Source: an uncultured Eubacteriales bacterium (lineage in GTDB: Bacteria; Bacillota; Clostridia; Oscillospirales; Acutalibacteraceae). Taken from it: DNA of 25,341 nt. Where the stretch lies: assembly GCA_900321595.1 (NCBI GenBank), contig ONWP01000017.1, positions 1-25,341 of the forward strand, in the 5' to 3' direction. A model generated the notes under the pieces. It was not told where the DNA came from. It searched no databases and worked only from the letters and a program-made list of their open reading frames with translations. Made by a program: the position numbers and the translations under genes. Below are positions 16,342-24,081 of this stretch, in pieces; the stretch's first letter is position 1; each line of letters opens with the position of its first letter.

Positions 16342-17772
16342 GTGTTGACCAATCAGGTTTCCCGTGAGATGCAGCGCATCATGCGGGCGCGCAAGTGGAC
16401 GCCCGAGGGCGTCGCGCAGGCGATGGGCCGCGAGCCCGGCCTCGTAGCCGCGTGGGAAAAGGGCGAGGCGCTGCCGGCCGTCGGCGACATCGTCGCGCTT
16501 GCCGCCGTGCTGGGGGTGACGCCGGAGTATCTGATCTACGGCGGCGACGAAATGACCGCGAAGGACGAGAAGCGCCGCAGCGTCACGACGGTGTTCGCGC
16601 TTCTGACGGCGGTCTTCATCGGCGTGGGCGCGGTGATCCTGTTCCTGGCCGGGTGGCAGAAATTCCCGGACCCGGTCAAGGTCGCGCTGTCCTTCGTGCC
16701 GATCCTCATCGGGCAGTTCGCGGGCGTTTTCACGCTGCGCCGGTACAGCGGCAGCCTGCCTGCCGGCGAGAGCGCCGCCGTCCTGTGGTGCGCCGGCTGC
16801 GCCGGAACCGTGGCCATGCTGAGCGCGTCGCTGCATCTGGGCATGGGCGTCTGGCTGTGCCTGCTGCTGGACGCGATCCTCTTCCTGAGCGTCGCCTTCG
16901 TGATGCGCTCTGCCGCCGCGCTGGCGGCCTATATCACGTCGGCGTGCGTCGCGGCGGGGCATTACATCGACCTGTACGAGACGAATCCGCTGCCGGCGCT
17001 GCTCTTCTTCCTCGCGATCGGGCTGGCCGCGCTCTTCGTTTTCATCTATCGCGAGACGCTGGGGCGGCTCCGGTTCCGCGTCGCCGTCTGGCAGTGCGTC
17101 GTCGGCTTCGTCGCCATGGTGCTGGAGAGCGCCGCGATCTACGATCTGCGCTTCGCCGCGGTCTGTACCGCGCTGTCGGTCTTCGTCTTCTGTCTGCATG
17201 ACGAGGAGCGGCGGGGCTACCCCTTCGAGGGGCTCGGAACCGTCGGCATCACGCTGACGGGGCTCATCAGCGCCTTTGACGCGCGCGGCGAGATCTACGA
17301 ACCCCGCGAAGCCGGCGTGTTCGGCCGGGAGCTGGCGACGATCATCCTGTGCTGGGTGCTCGTCGCGCTGGGCTTCGCGCTGGGCGCGAAGGGCATGCGC
17401 GGCAAGCCGATGCGCGTGGTGATCCCGTGTCTGGGCGTGGCCGCCGGCGTTCTGGAATTCCTCATCTACAGTCATCTGATCTCCGGCCTGCCGGCCATGA
17501 TCGCGCTGCTCGTGCTGATGCTGGCCATCGGCGTGCTGCTCATTCTGGACGGCGCGAACACCCGGCGGCTGCTCAAGCTCAACGCGGGCATTTTCATCGT
17601 CATCGCGGAGGTGCTGTTTCTGATCTTTGACGTCAGCGGCGCCGATATCGGACCGGTCGGGGTCGGCCTCATCCTCATTTTCGTGGGGCTTATCATGCTG
17701 GTCATCAATCTGATCCTGTCAAAACGCATGAAACGCGCCGCAGCGGAGGTGACGCCTCATGAAAAACAGTAA
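16342..17772 (+). CDS. XRE/Cro-type HTH fused to a DUF2157-like multi-pass membrane domain
   Basis: RBS GGAGGT precedes GTG 16342. The N-terminal WTPEGVAQAMG...AAWEKGEALP...LAAVLGVTPEYLIYG is a Cro/C1 HTH. FIGVGAVILFLAGWQKFPDPVK resembles DUF2157, followed by many hydrophobic segments. Confidence 0.75.
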   Translation: MLTNQVSREMQRIMRARKWTPEGVAQAMGREPGLVAAWEKGEALPAVGDIVALAAVLGVTPEYLIYGGDEMTAKDEKRRSVTTVFALLTAVFIGVGAVILFLAGWQKFPDPVKVALSFVPILIGQFAGVFTLRRYSGSLPAGESAAVLWCAGCAGTVAMLSASLHLGMGVWLCLLLDAILFLSVAFVMRSAAALAAYITSACVAAGHYIDLYETNPLPALLFFLAIGLAALFVFIYRETLGRLRFRVAVWQCVVGFVAMVLESAAIYDLRFAAVCTALSVFVFCLHDEERRGYPFEGLGTVGITLTGLISAFDARGEIYEPREAGVFGRELATIILCWVLVALGFALGAKGMRGKPMRVVIPCLGVAAGVLEFLIYSHLISGLPAMIALLVLMLAIGVLLILDGANTRRLLKLNAGIFIVIAEVLFLIFDVSGADIGPVGVGLILIFVGLIMLVINLILSKRMKRAAAEVTPHEKQ

Positions 17773-18304
17773 GCGATGGCTGGCCGCGCTGCTGGCGGCC
17801 GTGCTGCAGCTGGGACTGATCCTCGGCGTCGCCGCCGGGGTCACGTCCGGCCAAAACCGGTATCTCACCGAAGGAGAGCGGCTGGAGCTCGTCATCGACG
17901 GGCTGGATATCCGCGACGAGCAGACGCTGCGCTTCTATCTGAGCGGCGTATCCGGGGAAGGAACGTACTTCGCCGTCTATCCGGCGGGGGACTCGAGCAG
18001 CATCACGCTCACCGAGCGGGAGCCGGACGCGCCGATCTGGTTCCGGATGCGGGGAAACTATCCGGATTTCGAGTTCTATCCGGATACGCGGCTTGCTGTC
18101 GACCGGGTGTATATGATCAACGCGTTCGACGAGCCGCAGCAGGTGACGTACGACCGGCTCGAAGGTTCGCTGACCGTGAAGTACGCCGAGGCGAAGGTCG
18201 TCGCCTACGTCTATCAGCATCAGATCTACATCCACGACGTGGTGATCGACGGGATGTCGGCGAATGAATATTTTGATTATTTGAACGGGTTTGTCAGGAA
18301 TTGA
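17759..18304 (+). CDS. Membrane-anchored protein, divergent GDYXXLXY-like partner of DUF2157
   Basis: Overlaps the upstream stop codon. It has an N-terminal TM segment with LQLGLIL, then YLTEGERLEL, and a C-terminal HDVVIDG. The GDY motif itself is absent. Confidence 0.5.
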   Translation: MKNSKRWLAALLAAVLQLGLILGVAAGVTSGQNRYLTEGERLELVIDGLDIRDEQTLRFYLSGVSGEGTYFAVYPAGDSSSITLTEREPDAPIWFRMRGNYPDFEFYPDTRLAVDRVYMINAFDEPQQVTYDRLEGSLTVKYAEAKVVAYVYQHQIYIHDVVIDGMSANEYFDYLNGFVRN

Positions 18305-18315
18305 GGTCGGAAGGT

Positions 18316-18385
18316 GATAGACGTCAGAGGTCAGACGTCAGACGATAGACGATAGACGTTAGACGGGAGTCGACAGTCGACAGGG
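18316..18385. repeat. Tandem heptamer repeat array A (GWYAGAC-like, about 10 degenerate units)
   Basis: Units in order: gatagac gtcagag gtcagac gtcagac gatagac gatagac gttagac gggagtc gacagtc gacaggg. Confidence 0.9.
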
Positions 18386-18447
18386 GCTTCGCGATCCATG
18401 CAGTGAAACGCGAACCGCCTTTTCAATGGAGCGGCGATTCGCCGCGA

Positions 18448-18484
18448 CCCGAAATTCCGACTTCCGAAATCCGCATTCCGCAAT
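18448..18484. repeat. Tandem heptamer repeat array B (TTCCGMA-like, about 5 units)
   Basis: Sequence reads cccgaaa ttccgac ttccgaa atccgca ttccgca. Confidence 0.85.
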
Positions 18485-18518
18485 AAAAAACGAGCGGCGT
18501 CGGCCGCTCGTTTTATTT
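18483..18518. terminator. Bidirectional Rho-independent terminator
   Basis: AATAAAAAACGAGCGGC-GTCG-GCCGCTCGTTTTATTT lies between convergent genes and abuts the LytTR gene stop. Confidence 0.9.
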
Positions 18519-19292
18519 GCCGTCCGCCATCCATTTGTCGATGTCGGCTTTGATCTCATGATACCGTTTCGCGGGGATCGGCAGCCGCGTGCCGTCGGTC
18601 AGGATGACCTCCCGGCCTGAGATGGCGAGCACGCAGCGCAGGTTGACGATGTAGCTGGCGTGGCAGCGGTAATAATAATCCGGCAGCAGCGGCTCGATGT
18701 CCTTGAGCAGCATGCGCACGGGGTAGACGTCCCGGTCGGTGTGCACCTCGCAGAGCACCTTTTTGCCGCCGACGATATACCGGATGGAATCCTCCCGCAG
18801 ATAGACGGTGACCCGGTCCGGGCCGGGGAACGACAGTCGGCGGACTGGCATGACCTCCGCCGGCGCGGGCGCCGACGCGGGAGGGCGCGTTTTCGCGCGC
18901 GTCGGAGGCAGATTCGTCACATGAATGAAGGGACATCGCCAGATGACCTGTCCGTCCCGGTCGCGCATGCGCTGACCGCTGATGATCATGCGCTGGGCGT
19001 GCTCCCGCCGGCCGTCCGGGCGATCGACCCAGATGCGGTACGAGGCGACCATCAGGTAGTTGCTCGGCCCGTGGGTCAGAAGCCGGGTGCTGATGCCCGA
19101 CACGTTGTACCGCAGGGCGGTGTCCTGCGCGCGGTAGTTTTCGAGCAGCGCGTCCTTGCCGATGATCTGCTCACCGGCGCGGGGGCCGTACCAGATGACA
19201 TTTTCGTCCAGATAATCCAGCAGGGCGCCATAGTCTCCCGCGTAGAAGGAGACGATGGCGTCCGTAACGTGTTTCTCAAATTCGGTGATCAT
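18513..19292 (-). CDS. NTF2/SnoaL-like domain fused to a LytTR DNA-binding domain
   Basis: N-terminal AIVSFYAGDYGALLDYLDENVIWYGP...IIGKD resembles SnoaL, followed by a Pro/Ala linker. The C-terminal DSIRYI...YYRCHASYIVNL...LPIPAKRY is LytTR. No receiver domain is present. Confidence 0.8.
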   Translation of the reverse strand: MITEFEKHVTDAIVSFYAGDYGALLDYLDENVIWYGPRAGEQIIGKDALLENYRAQDTALRYNVSGISTRLLTHGPSNYLMVASYRIWVDRPDGRREHAQRMIISGQRMRDRDGQVIWRCPFIHVTNLPPTRAKTRPPASAPAPAEVMPVRRLSFPGPDRVTVYLREDSIRYIVGGKKVLCEVHTDRDVYPVRMLLKDIEPLLPDYYYRCHASYIVNLRCVLAISGREVILTDGTRLPIPAKRYHEIKADIDKWMADGK

Positions 19293-19301
19293 GCGGGGCG
19301 A

Positions 19302-19550
19302 TCAGTCCTCGTCCTGATACTCCCGGATCACTTCGATGACGTCGGCGAGCGTCTCGATGCGGCCGACCTCGCGGTCGGGGATCTCCGTCTCGAACCGGTC
19401 CTCGATGGCGACAGCCAGATTGACCAGCTCCAGCGAATTGAGCCCCAGATCGGAGCGCATATTCGTCTCGAGCGTGATGTCCTCCGGTTTCAGCTCCACA
19501 AATTCGGTGATGACCTCTCTGAGCGCTTGCAGCATGGTTTCGTTATCCAT
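19302..19550 (-). CDS. Acyl/peptidyl carrier protein
   Basis: 82 aa and acidic. DLGLNSLELVNL places the phosphopantetheine site at Ser39 (codon 19434-19436); AIEDRFETEIPD is also typical. Confidence 0.93.
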   Translation of the reverse strand: MDNETMLQALREVITEFVELKPEDITLETNMRSDLGLNSLELVNLAVAIEDRFETEIPDREVGRIETLADVIEVIREYQDED

Positions 19551-19565
19551 GGTCGTTCTCCTCTC

Positions 19566-21317
19566 TTACTCGGCGTAGCGGTCGATGACCTTCTGCCGGA
19601 TGATTTTACGGGTGGAATTCTTTTCGAACTCCTCATAGGAAATGTGCACGTCGGCGATCTTCTTGTAGCGGGCGAAGCGCTTGTTGAGCTCGGCCAGATC
19701 CTTTTTCGCCTTCTCGAGCAGCTCGCTGTCGGACAGGTCGGGGAATTCGGCCTTGTCGATCCAGACGGCGACGGCGATGATCTTTTCCCGTTTGTCGAGG
19801 ATGGTCTTGTGCGTCTCGAACGCCACGACCTCCTTCATGTAGTGGATGCCGTCCTGCACGGCGAATTCCAGCTCCTCGGGGAAAATGTTCTCGCCGTTGT
19901 CCAGGATGATCAGGTTTTTCTTGCGGCCGCTGATGAACAGCTCGCCGTCGGGGGTCATCCGGCCGTAGTCGCCGGTCATGAACCAGCCGTCCTCTGTGAA
20001 GGACGCCTTCGTCGCGGCCTCATCCTTGTAGTAGCCGCGGGTGACGTTGTCGCCCTTGATCTGGATCTCGCCGATGCCGTCCTCGTCCGGGTCCGCGATG
20101 CGCACGGCGGTCTTCGGGAAGGGATAGCCCGCGCTGGTGGGATCCTCGTCGGCGTGCAGATTCAGCGTTACGGTTGGCGCCGCCTCGGTCAGACCGTAGC
20201 CGTTGTAGACGCAGAAGCCGAAATCGCCCATGCCCTGCACGTAGTCCGCCCGGCTGGGCGCGCCGCCGCAGGAGAATGTCATGCCCTTGCGGTCGTTGAA
20301 TTTGCCGGTAATGATCTTGAAGAGCTTCGGCCGCAGGTCGATGCCCTTTTTGCGCAGGGCGTTGCTCACCTGCATGAGCTTGCGCAGCACGTCGGCTCTG
20401 CCGCCATCCTCCGCGGTGCGCCAGATGCCGTCCCAGAAGCCCTCGAGCACCAGCGGCACGGCGGCCATGGCGTCGGGCTTGTACTCAAACAGGTTCTTCT
20501 GAATGTTTTTCAGGCTGTCGTTGATATAGATGACGGCGTTCATGTAGGTCGAGGTGAAGATATTGCAGCTCAGCTCATAGACGTGATTCATCGGCAGCAG
20601 CGAGAACGACGTGTACTCCGTCGGAATGGTGCTGATGATCCCGTCCACGTTGGTCGTGAAATTCTTGTGGGAAAGCATGACGCCCTTGTTCGCGCCGGTG
20701 GTGCCGCTGGTGAAGAAGATCGCGGCCAGATCCTCCCGGTCGAGCGCGGCCGCGGTGAACCGGTCGTCGCCCTGCGCCAGAAGCGCTTCGCCCTTTTTCA
20801 CGAGGTCGTCGAACGCGATCAGCCGCTCGTCCTTATAGGATCTGTACATGGAAAAGCCGTATTTGAAATCCGGATTGGCCTCCATGTGCTTCGTCACGGT
20901 CTTTTTGTAGCTCTTGGCGAAGAAAACGGCGTCGCAGTCGGCCTTGTCCATGAGCATGCCGAGCGTTTCGTCGTCGAGCTCCTTATCCAGCGGGACGGCC
21001 ACGCCGACGCCGCAGGAGATCGCGAAGAACGACACGATCCATTCGTAGCTGTTCTCGCCCAGCAGGGCGATGTGGCTGCCCTTGAAGCCCAGATCGATGA
21101 GCGCCGTTCCGACGGCGTTGATATTCGACACGAGCTGTCCCAGCGTGTAGGAGACGTTTTCGCCGGCGACCTTCTCCACGACCGCGAGCCTGTCGCCGAA
21201 GTGGCGGTACGCGCGGTCGTAGATATCGCGCAGCGTGACCAGATGCCCTTCGCGCAGCACGTCCTTGCGGAGCTTGTCCATGCGCTGCATCTCTTTTTTT
21301 GTCAGTTTCGTCGTCAT
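19566..21317 (-). CDS. Long-chain fatty acyl-AMP/CoA ligase-type adenylation enzyme
   Basis: Motifs FFTSGTTGANKG, LLPMNH, NGYGLTE, FMTGDYG, GRKKNLIILDNGENIFPEELE and the C-terminal KNSTRKI are present. Confidence 0.93.
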   Translation of the reverse strand: MTTKLTKKEMQRMDKLRKDVLREGHLVTLRDIYDRAYRHFGDRLAVVEKVAGENVSYTLGQLVSNINAVGTALIDLGFKGSHIALLGENSYEWIVSFFAISCGVGVAVPLDKELDDETLGMLMDKADCDAVFFAKSYKKTVTKHMEANPDFKYGFSMYRSYKDERLIAFDDLVKKGEALLAQGDDRFTAAALDREDLAAIFFTSGTTGANKGVMLSHKNFTTNVDGIISTIPTEYTSFSLLPMNHVYELSCNIFTSTYMNAVIYINDSLKNIQKNLFEYKPDAMAAVPLVLEGFWDGIWRTAEDGGRADVLRKLMQVSNALRKKGIDLRPKLFKIITGKFNDRKGMTFSCGGAPSRADYVQGMGDFGFCVYNGYGLTEAAPTVTLNLHADEDPTSAGYPFPKTAVRIADPDEDGIGEIQIKGDNVTRGYYKDEAATKASFTEDGWFMTGDYGRMTPDGELFISGRKKNLIILDNGENIFPEELEFAVQDGIHYMKEVVAFETHKTILDKREKIIAVAVWIDKAEFPDLSDSELLEKAKKDLAELNKRFARYKKIADVHISYEEFEKNSTRKIIRQKVIDRYAE

Positions 21318-21335
21318 CGAAAGCCTCCCTGCCGG

Positions 21336-22739
21336 TTACTTTGCCAGCGTGTTCACATCGACGAGCTGATCCATGATCTCATCCATCGTCAGCGCCGGGT
21401 TGTCGATGCCCAGCAGAACCGCCTTGACACAGTTGTCGTGCAGGGTGTCGATGACGGCAGGGCTGATGCGCGCGATGCGGTACAGGTAGTTGAACCGGAT
21501 GCCGTGATCGGTCACGTCCGGATAGGTGAAGGTGTACAGCGGCATGCAGTAGCGCCCCATGTTGTAGCCCTTGAAGTCGAAGCGCAGCGCCTCGTCCTCG
21601 ATCAGCGGCAGCGGCAGCCAGGTGTACATCATGAAGGACGGCGCCTGGAACATGGAAAGATTATAGATCTTGCGCTCCATGGCGTAGCTGGTCAGGTAGG
21701 GATAATTCATATGGCGGTACAGCGTGTTGCGCACGCCGTCGAGCGTCTTCAGACCCTCGGCGAAGGTCGCCGTGCCGGGGATGATGGCGCGCACGGCCAG
21801 CGGCTGGGTCATGCAGCCGCCCATCTTTTTCTGCTTATAGGTGACGCGGCGGGAGCACAGCTGCAGGCTGAAGGTGTCGTCTGTGCGGTAATTGCCCAGC
21901 GACGCGTGGGCGCGGTAGCCCAGCTCGAAAAGCGTCTCGGGCGAGACCTTTTGCTCGAGGCAGAATTTGAAGATCTTCTCGCTGGTCTCCGGGTCGATCT
22001 TTTTGTACGCCATCGCGGCCTTGTCGTGCAGCGCGTCGTACGCCGCCGGGATGCGCTCCTCGGGATCCTTTTTGCGCGCCTTGTCCAGCAGGTCGTGGCC
22101 GGTGATGCTGGCGTGGAAGGGCTTGCCGTCCTTGAGCCAGAAGTCGCGGTAGAAGTCCTCGTCGCGCTTCATCTTCTTCTCGTCGGCCAGGTAGTCCAGA
22201 TCCTTGTTGACCTGCTCCTCGAAGGAGTAGAGGGGCTCGGGCAGCTCCGCGCCGTCGACGAGCGCCTTGTAGACCTGGATCAGATCCAGATAGAAGACGG
22301 CCACAGCGTGGGCGTCCATGATCAGGTGGCTCACGTTCAGATAGATCCCGCTGCCGCCCTTGCAGTCGTAGAAAAAGCGCAACCGGAAGGTCTCGCCGTT
22401 GAAGATGCGGACGGTCCGCTGCGCGTCCGCTGCGAAATAAGCCTCCTGCTCCTCCTCGGTGGCGAAGCGCAGCACCGGCACGCGCGGGGCCTTGACCTCG
22501 TCGAGGAAATACTGCTTCCAGCCGTCTTTTTCCTTTAAGAAGCGGATGCGCAGACAGTCGTTGCGCTTGACCTCCTCCTCGAACGCCTTCTGCAGTACGG
22601 AGAAGTCAAGCTTTACCTTGAAGGTAACGCTTGACGGGATCTGCATCACGTTTTTATGGATGCTGTACTTGAGCATGGTCGCCATGCTCTCCTGTGAGGG
22701 GACGAGCGGGTAGCAGGTCTGTGTGATCGTCTGTTTCAT
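21336..22739 (-). CDS. Stand-alone NRPS-type condensation domain protein
   Basis: 467 aa. YPLVPSQES, VKRNDCLRIRF and the active-site variant SHLIMDA (22311-22331, from HHxxxDG) are present. It is adjacent to the adenylation enzyme and carrier protein genes. Confidence 0.88.
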   Translation of the reverse strand: MKQTITQTCYPLVPSQESMATMLKYSIHKNVMQIPSSVTFKVKLDFSVLQKAFEEEVKRNDCLRIRFLKEKDGWKQYFLDEVKAPRVPVLRFATEEEQEAYFAADAQRTVRIFNGETFRLRFFYDCKGGSGIYLNVSHLIMDAHAVAVFYLDLIQVYKALVDGAELPEPLYSFEEQVNKDLDYLADEKKMKRDEDFYRDFWLKDGKPFHASITGHDLLDKARKKDPEERIPAAYDALHDKAAMAYKKIDPETSEKIFKFCLEQKVSPETLFELGYRAHASLGNYRTDDTFSLQLCSRRVTYKQKKMGGCMTQPLAVRAIIPGTATFAEGLKTLDGVRNTLYRHMNYPYLTSYAMERKIYNLSMFQAPSFMMYTWLPLPLIEDEALRFDFKGYNMGRYCMPLYTFTYPDVTDHGIRFNYLYRIARISPAVIDTLHDNCVKAVLLGIDNPALTMDEIMDQLVDVNTLAK

Positions 22740-22795
22740 TGCGAAGCCTCCTGAATACGTTAGTTTATCTCACCGTATTTATTATTCGTTTGTAA

Positions 22796-23683
22796 TCAGT
22801 TCCCGGACGGAAATTCGCGCCGGATCATGCCGATCTGGGCGTAGGTGTTGGTAAGGAACGCCTGTTTCGGGTAATACGCCGCGATCTCTGGCGTGAAGTA
22901 GTCCTCGGCGATGGCGGCGGTCACGGCCTCGTCGGAGAGGCCCTCGGCGCTCATGCGCAGGATCAGCTCCTTCCGGGCGACGGCGGCGTTCCGGCTGCGG
23001 GTGAGGAACAGCCGCACGGTCTCTCTGCCGTACATGGGACCGTAGTGGGGGATGAGCATATCGTCGATCTCCATGGACAGCACCCGGTCGAGGGTGTCGA
23101 CCGTCGCGGCGTAGCTGGATACGAAGCCCGGATTGACGCTCACGTCGCTGGCCCAGGTGCCGGTCGTCTCGCAGGTGATGAGGAACCGCGCCTCCGGGCA
23201 GTACGCGCCCACGCAGCACTTCGTGTGGCCGGGCATCGCGAGCACGGCGAATTCGTATCCGCCCAGTTCGAGCGTATCCCCCTCGCCGACGGTCCGGTCC
23301 AGCCGCAGCGCGCCGGTGCGGTCCTCGTCCGGCGCGAGGCCGAAGCCCTGCGCGGCGGACACGTCCAGCTCGCGCATGAGGCGGCGGGCGCTTTCCTTGG
23401 CGAAGATCTCGCCGCAGCGCGCGGAGCCGACCACCTCGATGTCCGGGAACGCCTCCTTGATATATACGCTGCCCAGCGCGTGGTCGTAGTGCGAGTGCGT
23501 CAGCAGCAGCCTTGACGGCGTCCTGCCGTCAAGCGCGGCGCGCAGGTCGTCCAGCATCTCCCGGCCGCAGAAGCCGAAGCCGCTGTCAACCAGCAGCGCG
23601 TCGTCGCCGCAGGCGACCATAGCGCCCTCGCCGCCGACGGCGCCGCGAAATAACCTGATCTCAAACGGAAATTTCCCGCTCAT
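22796..23683 (-). CDS. MBL-fold metallo-hydrolase
   Basis: Motifs LLVDSG, LTHSHYDHALG (HxHxDH), PGHT and IPHYG are present. RBS GGGGAGGA. Confidence 0.9.
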   Translation of the reverse strand: MSGKFPFEIRLFRGAVGGEGAMVACGDDALLVDSGFGFCGREMLDDLRAALDGRTPSRLLLTHSHYDHALGSVYIKEAFPDIEVVGSARCGEIFAKESARRLMRELDVSAAQGFGLAPDEDRTGALRLDRTVGEGDTLELGGYEFAVLAMPGHTKCCVGAYCPEARFLITCETTGTWASDVSVNPGFVSSYAATVDTLDRVLSMEIDDMLIPHYGPMYGRETVRLFLTRSRNAAVARKELILRMSAEGLSDEAVTAAIAEDYFTPEIAAYYPKQAFLTNTYAQIGMIRREFPSGN

Positions 23684-23730
23684 CGTTCCTCCCCGGCCGC
23701 GATCGGCCGCATCTGTCCATGATCCTCATT

Positions 23731-23759
23731 ATTATAAAGGATGCCGGAAGAAAAATCAA
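23731..23759 (-). promoter_or_regulatory. SigA promoter heading the MBL-C-A-T-LytTR operon
   Basis: Reverse complement reads TTGATT (23759-23754), 17-bp spacer, TATAAT (23736-23731). Confidence 0.8.
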
Positions 23760-24081
23760 CCGTCAAATCAGCCCGGGTTGTCGGGCTGCGTCCGGGCGCG
23801 AGCCGGCGGTTTCCGACCGGCTGCTTCGGCGTCCTTCCGGTGAGATTTGCGATAATTCCAAGATGGCAACAAAATAATCGTCATTTTTAACAAGACGGGA
23901 ACCGTAAAATTGTGCAAACAGCAGAAATGCGGAAAAATCGAAAAAAAATCAAAAAAAACTGTCACAAATCGGACGAAAATGGAATATAGTATATAGGCGT
24001 GTATCCATGCCTGCTTTGGCGTGGAAAATAATGACGCTTGTAAGCACGATCCCAAACGATCAAACGAAAGGATGTCATGCA

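Noticed and set aside
18316-18484. Possible CRISPR array or coding repeat
   Set aside because: The units are contiguous 7-mers with no 23-47 bp repeats or unique spacers, and no cas genes are present. The overlapping short ORFs lack RBSs or motifs.
19302-21317. Housekeeping acpP/fadD fatty-acid metabolism genes
   Set aside because: No fab genes are nearby, and the tight coupling to a condensation domain points to specialised metabolism, so no gene symbols were assigned.
18660-22538. 1292-aa plus-strand ORF
   Set aside because: It is the antisense shadow of the C, A, T and LytTR genes. High GC3 suppresses stops on the opposite strand, and the translation has no motifs.
23913-23940. GCAAAC-AGCA-GAAA-TGC resembling a c-di-GMP-I riboswitch
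   Set aside because: The downstream GACGCAAA element and P1 pairing are missing.
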